Part shown: in pieces, positions 1 to 7,545 of the stretch
Layout of the letters: every line of letters starts with the position of its first letter
Numbering within the stretch: the stretch's first letter is position 1
NCBI GenBank assembly: GCA_964565865.1
Contig: CAZMGM010000002.1
Location: 16,828 to 80,827, forward strand
Direction of reading: 5' to 3'
Source of the DNA: an uncultured Acidobacteriota bacterium
Lineage (GTDB): Bacteria > Acidobacteriota > UBA6911 > RPQK01 > CBDAPI01
DNA: 64,000 bases
The notes under the pieces: generated by a model
Seen by the model: the letters and a program-made list of their open reading frames with translations, nothing else
What the model was told of the DNA's origin: nothing
The model's database searches: none
Program-made: the position numbers and the translations under genes

Positions 1-230
1 GCCTTGAAATCACGTAAAAATTCCCCATCGTCGGGCACATATTTCCCGGTCACTTGACCCGACTGGGTAATGGTGGCCTCCTTGATGATTCCCTGGTCCA
101 TGAGCTTGGTGAACTCGGTGTAGCTCTTTTCGTCAGGACTTCCGTTCTGAACTGAGTCCAGGAAATTCCAGAGAAGGATCACCGCAACAAAAACGGCCAC
201 CATCAGAAAGATGTTCTTGGCGGTAGTCAA
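1..230 (-). CDS. ftsH: ATP-dependent zinc metalloprotease FtsH, N-terminal fragment (gene runs off the window start)
   Basis: Not in the ORF track because it is truncated. Reverse-strand translation from TTG at 230 (GGAGG 5 nt upstream) gives TTAKNIFLMVAVFVAVILLWNFLDSVQNGSPDEKSYTEFTKLMDQGIIKEATITQSGQVTGKYVPDDGEF. That is a TM helix followed by an FtsH extracellular-domain-like SYxEF...G.I pattern. Position directly downstream of tilS is a common arrangement. Confidence 0.65.
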   Translation of the reverse strand, partial: MTTAKNIFLMVAVFVAVILLWNFLDSVQNGSPDEKSYTEFTKLMDQGIIKEATITQSGQVTGKYVPDDGEFLRDFK

Positions 231-275
231 TTCAGCCTCCGAGTGGAGCGTGCTCTATTCAAGTCAGTCACCGAT

Positions 276-1670
276 TCAAGCATTATAGTCTACTAGTCGA
301 AGCGCGACAGTTGGAGCCTCATCATTGCTGTACTCAGGATGGGGCCAGAGTTTCTCGACCCAGACAATCGTCTCGCCCCAGAGCACTACGATTAATCTAT
401 CTCTCTGATCAAGCGGAATGTGCTTGTCATTGAACAACTTTTTTAGTTTCCTGCGGCGCCCGGAGCGCGTGCAAAAAACGTCTCCAGGCCGCCGGTTCCG
501 CACCACCAGTGCATCTGGGACAAATCCAAACTTCACAACCTCAGACGGTTTCGAACCATCGTCCCAGTTCTCGACACTGACGGTCCTGCGTAATGATTCG
601 ATATGGATTCTTCCGGGGACGGGGAGCAAGTACGAGAAAGACCGGTCTGATCCCTGAGCTCTTATCACGAGCTGGTCCCCCTGCCGCACCGCCACTGCCC
701 CCCGAGGCAGCTCCATTCGATGACCGTGTGGACTCTCTAGAAGATCGAGTATGGACTTGATCGGTTCAAAACCAAGCCCTCGAAGTCCCGGTTTGAAAAG
801 GAGGATGGCCTCGCGCAGGACCCGTCTTCTAACGGCCACCGGCCGGGAACGCAATTGGGGGATATCGAGTGCCACTTCTCGAGAGCTCCGAGTCACAACG
901 ACTTCATCAAGGACCGAAGCTGAAAGACTATTCATAAGAGTCTCGGCTTCCCTAGCTAGAGTGGCCGTGTGGCAAAGATGTTCCACTGCCCGTCGGTTGA
1001 GACGCTCCACGACCTGGGGCAGGAGTACCTGTCTGACCCAGTTGCGGTCGAGGTCTGCGGAAAGGTTACTCGAATCTGTTCGAAAGGACACATTCCGGCG
1101 CTTGAGGTAGTCGAGAATCTCAACCCTGCGAAAGCACAACAGTGGTCGTATCACTCGAACTCGCCCCCTTTCGTCGCGCACTCTGGGGTAGATTCCGGAC
1201 AAACCGGCCAGACCGGCGCCGCGGATCAGCTTCAGCAGGAGAGTCTCTGCCTGGTCGTCGGCATGGTGGGCTGTGGCTATCACCGCTCCCTCGGCCTCGG
1301 CCAGTTCGTAAAGTGAGCGATAGCGGCTAATCCGCATCTGCTCCTCAAGGTTTCCCTTCTCTCGGAGAGCCCCCAGCCTGCTCAGGTCCAGGTGGACGCC
1401 AAGCTTCCTGCACAGCTGTCCAACGAACGTCTGATCCGCGTCTGATTCTTCACCCCGAAGCCCGTGATTGACGTGTGCCACTCTGATTTCAATGCCCAAC
1501 CGATAAGAAAGTCGACATAGGCTGACCAGAAGCGCTACGGAATCCGGTCCCCCCGAGACAGCCACCATGAGGCTGCGGATTCTGTCAAAGCCATGCTCTC
1601 TCTCGAAAACCGTGATTAGCTTTCTTTCGAAAGGGTCCATTTCTGCTAACTCCCTGCAGAAAAACAGCAA
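276..1670 (-). CDS. tilS: tRNA(Ile)-lysidine synthetase TilS
   Basis: 464-aa ORF with the PP-loop motif VAVSGGPDSVALL and TilS-like substrate-binding and C-terminal regions. The track start is TTG at 1670. An in-frame ATG at 1640 (MDPFERKLITVF...) with GGGAG upstream is the more likely start. Confidence 0.9.
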   Translation of the reverse strand: MLFFCRELAEMDPFERKLITVFEREHGFDRIRSLMVAVSGGPDSVALLVSLCRLSYRLGIEIRVAHVNHGLRGEESDADQTFVGQLCRKLGVHLDLSRLGALREKGNLEEQMRISRYRSLYELAEAEGAVIATAHHADDQAETLLLKLIRGAGLAGLSGIYPRVRDERGRVRVIRPLLCFRRVEILDYLKRRNVSFRTDSSNLSADLDRNWVRQVLLPQVVERLNRRAVEHLCHTATLAREAETLMNSLSASVLDEVVVTRSSREVALDIPQLRSRPVAVRRRVLREAILLFKPGLRGLGFEPIKSILDLLESPHGHRMELPRGAVAVRQGDQLVIRAQGSDRSFSYLLPVPGRIHIESLRRTVSVENWDDGSKPSEVVKFGFVPDALVVRNRRPGDVFCTRSGRRRKLKKLFNDKHIPLDQRDRLIVVLWGETIVWVEKLWPHPEYSNDEAPTVALRLVDYNA

Positions 1671-1800
1671 TGTCTTACGGGCGTGTCTTGGAAGAGCGTG
1701 CCCCCCGTTGTCCTCCTATCGATCGCGACGGGCAGACCTGTCAGCGGCCCCGATGTTGCAGAGATCTCTCTTCCGCCGCCGCGGTGGCACACTCGATCAA

Positions 1801-1830
1801 TTGAAAAAGCCAGGATTGATCGGATATGAT
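1801..1830 (+). promoter_or_regulatory. Candidate sigma70-type promoter for the tRNA gene
   Basis: TTGAAA (1801-1806), 18-nt spacer, TATGAT (1825-1830). The predicted start lies about 10 nt upstream of the mature tRNA 5' end. Confidence 0.4.
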
Positions 1831-1847
1831 GGCCGTCTTTCTCGACT

Positions 1848-1920
1848 GGCGGTGTAGCTCAGAGGTTAGAGCAAGCGGCTCATATCCGCTGTGTCGGGGG
1901 TTCGAATCCCTCCACCGCCA
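1848..1920 (+). tRNA. tRNA with CAT anticodon: elongator tRNA-Met or lysidine-dependent tRNA-Ile2
   Basis: Hand-folded cloverleaf. Acceptor GGCGGTG/CACCGCC, D stem GCTC/GAGC, anticodon stem AGCGG/CCGCT with loop CTCATAT, T arm GGGGG-TTCGAAT-CCCTC, discriminator A. The G1-C72 pair argues against an initiator. No encoded CCA. Confidence 0.9.
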
Positions 1921-2068
1921 TTATTGAGGTTTGGTCCATCCCGGAGAAAGTGTTAACTATGTCTCCAGAATAAAATGTAAACCATGTGTCCGGAATAATC
2001 TGCAAGCGATCTCTCGATAAGAACACTTCGAGTTCCGATCTGCTCGACCGCTCAGGCCAATTTCGATC

Positions 2069-2094
2069 AAAAAAAAACCGCTCCGAAGAGCGGC
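2069..2094 (-). terminator. Rho-independent terminator downstream of carD
   Basis: On the minus strand: CCGCTC-TTCG-GAGCGG hairpin followed by T9. It lies 26 nt after the carD stop. Confidence 0.8.
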
Positions 2095-2119
2095 TTACAC
2101 AAAGCAGACATAACCTCCG

Positions 2120-2638
2120 TTAACCCACTGCCTGGGTCTCGGAATGGCGCTCATAAGCCCCGCTGAGCATGGTCTCAACCGATTGCTCGACGTCGCCCTC
2201 CGACTTTCCACGAACCGTGCTGATCTCCGAGATCACGAGTTGCCGAGCACGGTCGTACATTTTCTTTTCACGGAAGGAAAGCGGTTTTGTGAAACTGAGA
2301 AAATAGAGATTCTGAAGCACTCGCCCCACCTCGACAATGGAGCCTGTTTTCATTTTCTCGACATTTTCTTTGTAGCGGTTCTTCCAATCTTGTTCGGTTT
2401 CGTAGTCCCCCGATTCCAAAACCAGAAACAGTGTCTTCAGGTCTTTTTCCGAGGAGAGCCGTCGCAGCCCGACATTTTCTACATTCGTGACCGGAATCAT
2501 GACCGTGGAGTTATTGGCCAGGATTCGGAGCATGTAGAACTCCTCCTCACTTCCCATAATGTCCCGGCAACTGACATCTCGGATCTCTCCAACGCCTTGA
2601 TTCGGATACACAACCATATCACCGACTTTGAAGTCCAA
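2120..2638 (-). CDS. carD: CarD/CdnL-family RNA-polymerase-binding transcriptional regulator
   Basis: 172 aa. The N-terminal FKVGDMVVYPNQGVGEI...EFYMLRI pattern is typical of the CarD_CdnL_TRCF domain. TTG start with GGAGG 5 nt upstream. Confidence 0.85.
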   Translation of the reverse strand: MDFKVGDMVVYPNQGVGEIRDVSCRDIMGSEEEFYMLRILANNSTVMIPVTNVENVGLRRLSSEKDLKTLFLVLESGDYETEQDWKNRYKENVEKMKTGSIVEVGRVLQNLYFLSFTKPLSFREKKMYDRARQLVISEISTVRGKSEGDVEQSVETMLSGAYERHSETQAVG

Positions 2639-2674
2639 TTTGGCCTCCCCTACTTTTCATTCATGTTTCCTGTC

Positions 2675-2703
2675 ATTTTAAGCTAAGCCTCCACACTTGT
2701 CAA
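2675..2703 (-). promoter_or_regulatory. Candidate carD promoter (near-consensus sigma70)
   Basis: Minus strand reads TTGACA, 17-nt spacer, TAAAAT, about 35 nt upstream of the carD start. Confidence 0.5.
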
Positions 2704-3210
2704 AAATCGCAACTACCTGAGGACAAACGTTTTGAGCAGGGAGTTAAGCACGAAAAGGAAGGCTTGGTGGGCAGGTTCTTATACTGTTCACAAAAAAGCC
2801 CGAGGAATCACTTTCGGGACAACCTGCCTTAAGCCCTGACACGCAGCGAACCACGCTCAAGACCTAACCGAAACTCAAAATTCAGACAGCCAAAACTGTA
2901 TGAACTCCGGCGTTCCGGTTCGGCTTCACATCGATCCGAACTGATTCGAAAACCTGTTCGAACCTTATGAAGCGAAAGCACCTGAAAGGGTTTCGGGTTT
3001 TAAACCGATACGAACCAGCCTGAATCAAGGACTCTGACTGGCCCTCCTCAAGCTTTGACCAGATTTCTCTCGCCAACTCTTAAGGCCCGTCCTGGCTCGT
3101 TGTCCGTGGAAGCAACCCCTCGGGACAAGATAAAGCCTGGCAGGTGTGGTGACACTTTTCAAGAGACTTCAGAACAATAAAGAATTGCACGCAATAGGTG
3201 CATATATGAC

Positions 3211-3294
3211 CTTGGACCGGCGCCAGCTTTTGCCCGGTAGTTATCCCTAAAACATCAACAGATTTTTCACAGATTTTTCACACGCCGGTCCAAG
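3211..3294. repeat. 12-bp perfect inverted repeat enclosing a 2.3-copy 11-bp tandem repeat
   Basis: CTTGGACCGGCG (3211-3222) is the reverse complement of CGCCGGTCCAAG (3283-3294). ACAGATTTTTC is repeated in tandem over 3258-3282. Each unit contains TTTTTCACA, which fits the relaxed DnaA-box pattern TTWTNCACA. Confidence 0.7.
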
Positions 3295-3684
3295 CATCGC
3301 AGTTCAGCTGGAAAAACATGTGACGTGTAATCATCAAAACAGACGGTTTGATCGAATTAGACCATATTTGGGGAGAGCTTCGTGCTGCCCCTTTCCAATC
3401 GCTGCACACTAACGAGAGCAGTGCCATTGAGGACATGGTACCGGCCTCCCGCGGTCGGTTTGTTTGAAGAATATTCAGCGCGGCGCTAACGTCAAAGCTG
3501 CTATCATCTGGGATTACTGCGCACCTCGAAACTACAGGGGGTAACTTCTGATTCAGGAGATCTTACCGCCGGTTTCATCCCCGACTTTTTTCAGCTTTTC
3601 TTCAAGTTTGGATTCTTCCATTTCCCGAACGGGTCCGTTGAAAGGGACTGGCTGTGCTCGAGCCGTTACCGGTTAACTAGCAAC

Positions 3685-4704
3685 TTAAGCGCAGCGAAGC
3701 AGCCGATGGTACAGGTACGAACAGATCTGCCACCCGTCAAGGTAGTTGAAGGGAAAGGTGGCGGTAGTGTAGTGGCCGCAGGGCAGATCCACCCGATCGT
3801 ACTTGAGGCCATAGCGCTCATATTCCTGAAAGACGAGTTCGGAGAGATCCTTGGGAAAGCTCAGGTCGTACTTGGCTGTGATCAGGCGATGAGGTCTCGC
3901 GTCACTCACCAGGTACCGTACGTAATGGACGGGGCTGATGGGGGCCCAGCAATCACGCAGGTCCTCCAGTGTGATTTTGTCCTCCAGCCCGCGACGGACA
4001 TAGCGCGTCGAGAGCCCTCTCCAGACCACATCTGCAAAATGGGAGGACACGTGGTTAAAGACGCCACATGAAACCAGCGGATCGTGAACAAAGGCCAGAT
4101 ATGCAATACACGAGCCGATGCTGGTTCCTATGACGGCGACTTTTTCGTATCCCTGCTCTCTCAGCCAGGCGGCCAGCTGCATCGTTTCCAGGACCGCCTG
4201 ACGAGTTGCGTGGAGCGTTCTTCCCAGGTTGGGGCCGACCATGTAGTCCGCACGCTTCATCCTGGGAGGCCGCCGGTCATCGTGGTAGGGAAGGCTCAGA
4301 CGCATTGCACTGATACCCAACCACTGCAGAATCCTGCACAGAGAAACATGGCTTCGGAAGTCCGCATTCCACTGCGGTATGACAATCGCAGCAGCACGCC
4401 TGGGTTCGACGGGAAATAGCCTGCAGGTAACCTGATTGTTGAATTCGTAGCTCGTCGGGTGTGGAGTAGCAAAGGTCAGACATTTTCCTTTCACACTTAC
4501 ATCCCGTATGGGACCGGGAGCGAAGAAGTCGCTGTTGGCATCCATGGATCGTCGGGCAAAATCCTTGAAGGCTTGAAGCGGAGTCACTCCGGTTGATCGA
4601 TCGAGGAATTCAAGTCCCCACTCAAAAGGAAAAACACGACGGTTCTTGTCGCGTAGTGTCAGCGCCCTCTCCCGAGCATAGATGAGGCGGCCATAGAGGC
4701 TCAT
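3685..4704 (-). CDS. Alpha/beta-hydrolase fold protein (ABHD18-like), function unknown
   Basis: 339 aa. Nucleophile-elbow motif GTSIGS in VAVIGTSIGSCIAYLA. 4-nt overlap with the upstream AI-2E gene suggests co-transcription. Confidence 0.6.
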   Translation of the reverse strand: MSLYGRLIYARERALTLRDKNRRVFPFEWGLEFLDRSTGVTPLQAFKDFARRSMDANSDFFAPGPIRDVSVKGKCLTFATPHPTSYEFNNQVTCRLFPVEPRRAAAIVIPQWNADFRSHVSLCRILQWLGISAMRLSLPYHDDRRPPRMKRADYMVGPNLGRTLHATRQAVLETMQLAAWLREQGYEKVAVIGTSIGSCIAYLAFVHDPLVSCGVFNHVSSHFADVVWRGLSTRYVRRGLEDKITLEDLRDCWAPISPVHYVRYLVSDARPHRLITAKYDLSFPKDLSELVFQEYERYGLKYDRVDLPCGHYTTATFPFNYLDGWQICSYLYHRLLRCA

Positions 4705-5825
4705 TTGCGCCTGGGCTTGACAAGCTCTCGTTCAAACTCGATCCGGTAGAGCTCCAAAAAAGTCAGCCCGAGAGCCACCATGATGGGCCCCACTACCATC
4801 CCGGCAATGCCGAAATAAGAGATTCCACCCATAATGGAAAAAAAGACGAGCATGGTATGCATCCGAGTTTTGCCCTCGATCAGAGCCGGGCGCAACACAT
4901 TGTCGATGCCGCCTACAAATACGATCGAGAGCCCGATTAGAATGAGCGCCGTGACCGTCTTACCGATGGCCAACAAATAGAGGGCCCAGGGGAGCCACAC
5001 GATTGCCGTACCGACCAGGGGAACGAGTGAAAAAAGGGCTGTCAGGGTTCCCCAGAAAATAACGTTCGGTAGACCCACCAGAAAGAATGTGATCCCCCCC
5101 GCAACCCCCTGAGCCACTGCAGTGACCAGGCTGCCGATCACCGTCGCACTCGAGACCTCCTGAAACTTCTGAACGATCTGCCTCTCATACCTTTCCGAGA
5201 GGGGAGTCCACCTCCGGATCTGTTCAAAGAGGGCTGGTCCATCACGAAAGAAAAAAAACATGGTGACGATCATGATCAGGAAACTTGTCAACACATGCGC
5301 GATTCCAGAGAAAACAGCGGTGCTGTGGCGCAGGGCCCCCAGACTGATGCTCTGGAGCAAAGAAACCAGGGATTCCACTATGTCCACCCGGTCCAGGTCG
5401 ACCTGCTGGAGAGCCCAGCCTAAGTAAGGCTGCTCCCGAAGACTCATCATCTCCTGGATTTTGCCCTGTTCGATGGCCGTCTGAAGTTGCTGATAGGCTA
5501 GCGTTGCCTCAGATGCCAGCATGATGGCGAGGCCTGCAAAGGGAACAATGATCAATGCCGTAATCGCCAGGCAGGTGACCAGGGCAGCAAGATTGGTCCG
5601 GCCTCCCAAACGCCTATTGACCCAGTGGAAAGCCGGGAAGCACAAACAGGCCAGAATCGTTGCCATGAAAATGGACATGAGGAAGGGCTGAAAAATATGG
5701 AAGACGAAGTAGAGGACGAGCAGGGAAGGGGCAATCAGGAAAATCCGCAGGAATCGTCGTTCCTCCATTCTGAGTGGAAGTGTACCGACAAAGGATTGCA
5801 GGGTCCAGAAAACCGTGCGGCGCAA
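4701..5825 (-). CDS. AI-2E family transporter (PerM/UPF0118)
   Basis: 374 aa, multi-TM. The C-terminal half, with IFWGTLTALFSLVPLVGTAIVWLPWALYLL and GGIDNVLRP, is typical of the family. Confidence 0.8.
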   Translation of the reverse strand: MRRTVFWTLQSFVGTLPLRMEERRFLRIFLIAPSLLVLYFVFHIFQPFLMSIFMATILACLCFPAFHWVNRRLGGRTNLAALVTCLAITALIIVPFAGLAIMLASEATLAYQQLQTAIEQGKIQEMMSLREQPYLGWALQQVDLDRVDIVESLVSLLQSISLGALRHSTAVFSGIAHVLTSFLIMIVTMFFFFRDGPALFEQIRRWTPLSERYERQIVQKFQEVSSATVIGSLVTAVAQGVAGGITFFLVGLPNVIFWGTLTALFSLVPLVGTAIVWLPWALYLLAIGKTVTALILIGLSIVFVGGIDNVLRPALIEGKTRMHTMLVFFSIMGGISYFGIAGMVVGPIMVALGLTFLELYRIEFERELVKPRRK

Positions 5826-6080
5826 CGTGAGCCGGGCAATAAGGGTGAGCTTACGCTCTACCGTTCTGAGCCTTTCCTTGACACTGTGAACAACAGAACG
5901 ACAAGGCGTGAGGCCTGCCGTTTCCCCAAAGACCAGTAACCTTTTAAAATGATCTTATGAACGACTTGGCTGAAAGAAGAACCCCGGCCCGTACCTGCTT
6001 CCTGTGCTTTCCTTTGCTGGAACAGCTGACAGGAAGAGTCGGGACGATGACTATGGTTGCCCGCAACTTTTGATCCGTCC

Positions 6081-7412
6081 ATGAAAAAGCTCATTGTCAC
6101 ACTGCTAATCTTCGGTCTGGCCTTCTTCATTTACTCCTGGGACCGTACTCCTCCTGTCATTGAGTGGGGGTTCAAAGACGGGGTGGTGGTGGGTAATCAG
6201 GCTAGACTAAGATTCCAAGTGAGCGATGAGGGAAAGGGTCTGGCGTCCTGGACCTTGGTAGTTCAACAGGAAGCTACGAAAACCCAGGTCCTGGAAGAGT
6301 ATTTCCCCGCCGGTGAGGCACCGGCACAAAGAGAAGCTCACATCAATATGATGGATCTCGCAAGCAAGATTCAGCTTTCCGATGGAGAGTTTCGAGTTCA
6401 CGTCAAGGCCACCGACCAGACCAGCTTACGTTTCTTCAACAACACAACTCATTCCCAAAGAGTGCTGACACTGGACTCGCTCCCGCCCGTGCTCGAGCTT
6501 CGGTCCGGGAATCACTACATCAGGCAGGGTGGTGCGCAGATCATTCTCTATTCGACCATCAACGAGAAGGCGCACAGCAGCGGGGTCAGTGTTGGTGACC
6601 GTGACTTCCGCGGGTTTTCACAAAGCTCCGGGCCAAACCACTACGCGGCCCTCATTGGAGTCGATTACAATCACACTCCGGGCACTCCGATTCGAGCCTG
6701 GGCCCAGGATCTGGCCGGGAATCGGTCCGAATTTAATATACCCTCTACAATTCTCACTTCGAGGTTCCGCAAGCGTACTCTGACAGTGTCGGATACATTC
6801 ATCAGCCAAGTGTCCAGGGAGATTCTAGCCCGAAGCAGTCAGGTCTCCGCCGCCGCCACTCCAGCTGAAACTTTTATCCGAATCAACAACCACCTCAGAA
6901 AGATCAACCTCGAACAAATCAAGCGCTTGACTAGAGATTCCGCTAGTCAGCTGCTTTTCGAAGGCCCGTTCATGCAGATGGTCAACACGAAGGTAGAAGC
7001 TGCTTTTGCCGACGAAAGGGACTATGCCTATGCCGGAGAGGTAATCGACCGCCAAACACACCTGGGGTACGATCTGGCTTCATTTGCTCACAGCCCGGTC
7101 GATTGCGCAAATGACGGAGAAGTGATCTGGGCCGGCTACCTCGGAATCTATGGAAACTGTGTCATTGTTGACCATGGGCTCGGCTTATCTTCGCTGTACG
7201 GCCACATGAGCTCAATTGAGACGGCGGCCGGCGCGAAGGTAAAGAAGGGACAGTCACTAGGCCGCAGCGGGAAAACGGGGCTTGCCAGCGGCGTCCATGT
7301 TCACTTCACTACACTTGTTCAGGGAACCCCTGTCAATCCCCTTGAATGGTGGGACGCAAAGTGGGTCCAGCAACAGGTGTTCGACCGGTTGAATCCCAGG
7401 GACGACGATTAG
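6081..7412 (+). CDS. M23 family metallopeptidase (LytM/NlpD-like), N-terminal membrane anchor
   Basis: C-terminal HLGYDLAS...GNCVIVDHGLGLSSLYGHMSSI...GKTGLASGVHVHF matches the HxxxD / HxH M23 signature. The track ORF starts at TTG 6057. ATG 6081 (MKKLIVTLLIFGLAFF) is preferred. Confidence 0.85.
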   Translation: MKKLIVTLLIFGLAFFIYSWDRTPPVIEWGFKDGVVVGNQARLRFQVSDEGKGLASWTLVVQQEATKTQVLEEYFPAGEAPAQREAHINMMDLASKIQLSDGEFRVHVKATDQTSLRFFNNTTHSQRVLTLDSLPPVLELRSGNHYIRQGGAQIILYSTINEKAHSSGVSVGDRDFRGFSQSSGPNHYAALIGVDYNHTPGTPIRAWAQDLAGNRSEFNIPSTILTSRFRKRTLTVSDTFISQVSREILARSSQVSAAATPAETFIRINNHLRKINLEQIKRLTRDSASQLLFEGPFMQMVNTKVEAAFADERDYAYAGEVIDRQTHLGYDLASFAHSPVDCANDGEVIWAGYLGIYGNCVIVDHGLGLSSLYGHMSSIETAAGAKVKKGQSLGRSGKTGLASGVHVHFTTLVQGTPVNPLEWWDAKWVQQQVFDRLNPRDDD

Positions 7413-7463
7413 AATGCAGCGGTCCCTCGTTCCCTTCTCAGGTCCACTTCCAGAATCCTGTGA

Positions 7464-7510
7464 TTAACTGTTGTCCGTGCTCCGGGATTTTCAACCCTCA
7501 ACTTGAAAAA
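7464..7510. repeat. Copy of the GGTTGAA(A/G)-type intergenic repeat family, upstream of cstA
   Basis: TTAACTGTTGTCCGTGCTC (7464-7482) followed by ATTTTCAACCCTCAACTTGAAAAA (7487-7510). The reverse complement contains GTTGAGGGTTGAAAAT. Compare 9197-9279. Confidence 0.55.
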
Positions 7511-7530
7511 CCCCAGGGGGGTTCTATCTG

Positions 7531-7536
7531 TATAAT
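7531..7536 (+). promoter_or_regulatory. Possible -10 box (TATAAT) only 9 nt upstream of the cstA ATG; possibly a near-leaderless mRNA
   Basis: A perfect TATAAT at 7531-7536, with the cstA ATG at 7546. No well-spaced -35: TTGAAA at 7503-7508 lies 22 nt away. Confidence 0.3.
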
Positions 7537-7545
7537 CCACTCCTC

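Noticed and set aside
2882-3076. 64-aa minus-strand ORF, the only ORF of 60 aa or more in the 1-kb gap
   Set aside because: It has Arg/Phe-rich atypical composition, no start context and no recognisable domain. It is treated as non-coding.
3165-3300. Calling the DnaA-box-like cluster the chromosomal origin (oriC)
   Set aside because: Only two good relaxed boxes plus one weak box are present. There is no dnaA, dnaN or other origin-linked gene. Flanking genes on both sides are co-oriented on the minus strand rather than diverging. It is kept as an open question in the findings, not as a feature call.
3553-3621. 22-codon minus-strand mini-ORF (MEESKLEEKLKKVGDETGGKIS), vaguely CsbD-like
   Set aside because: It is too short, has no convincing ribosome-binding site, and cannot be distinguished from chance or a gene fragment without comparative data.
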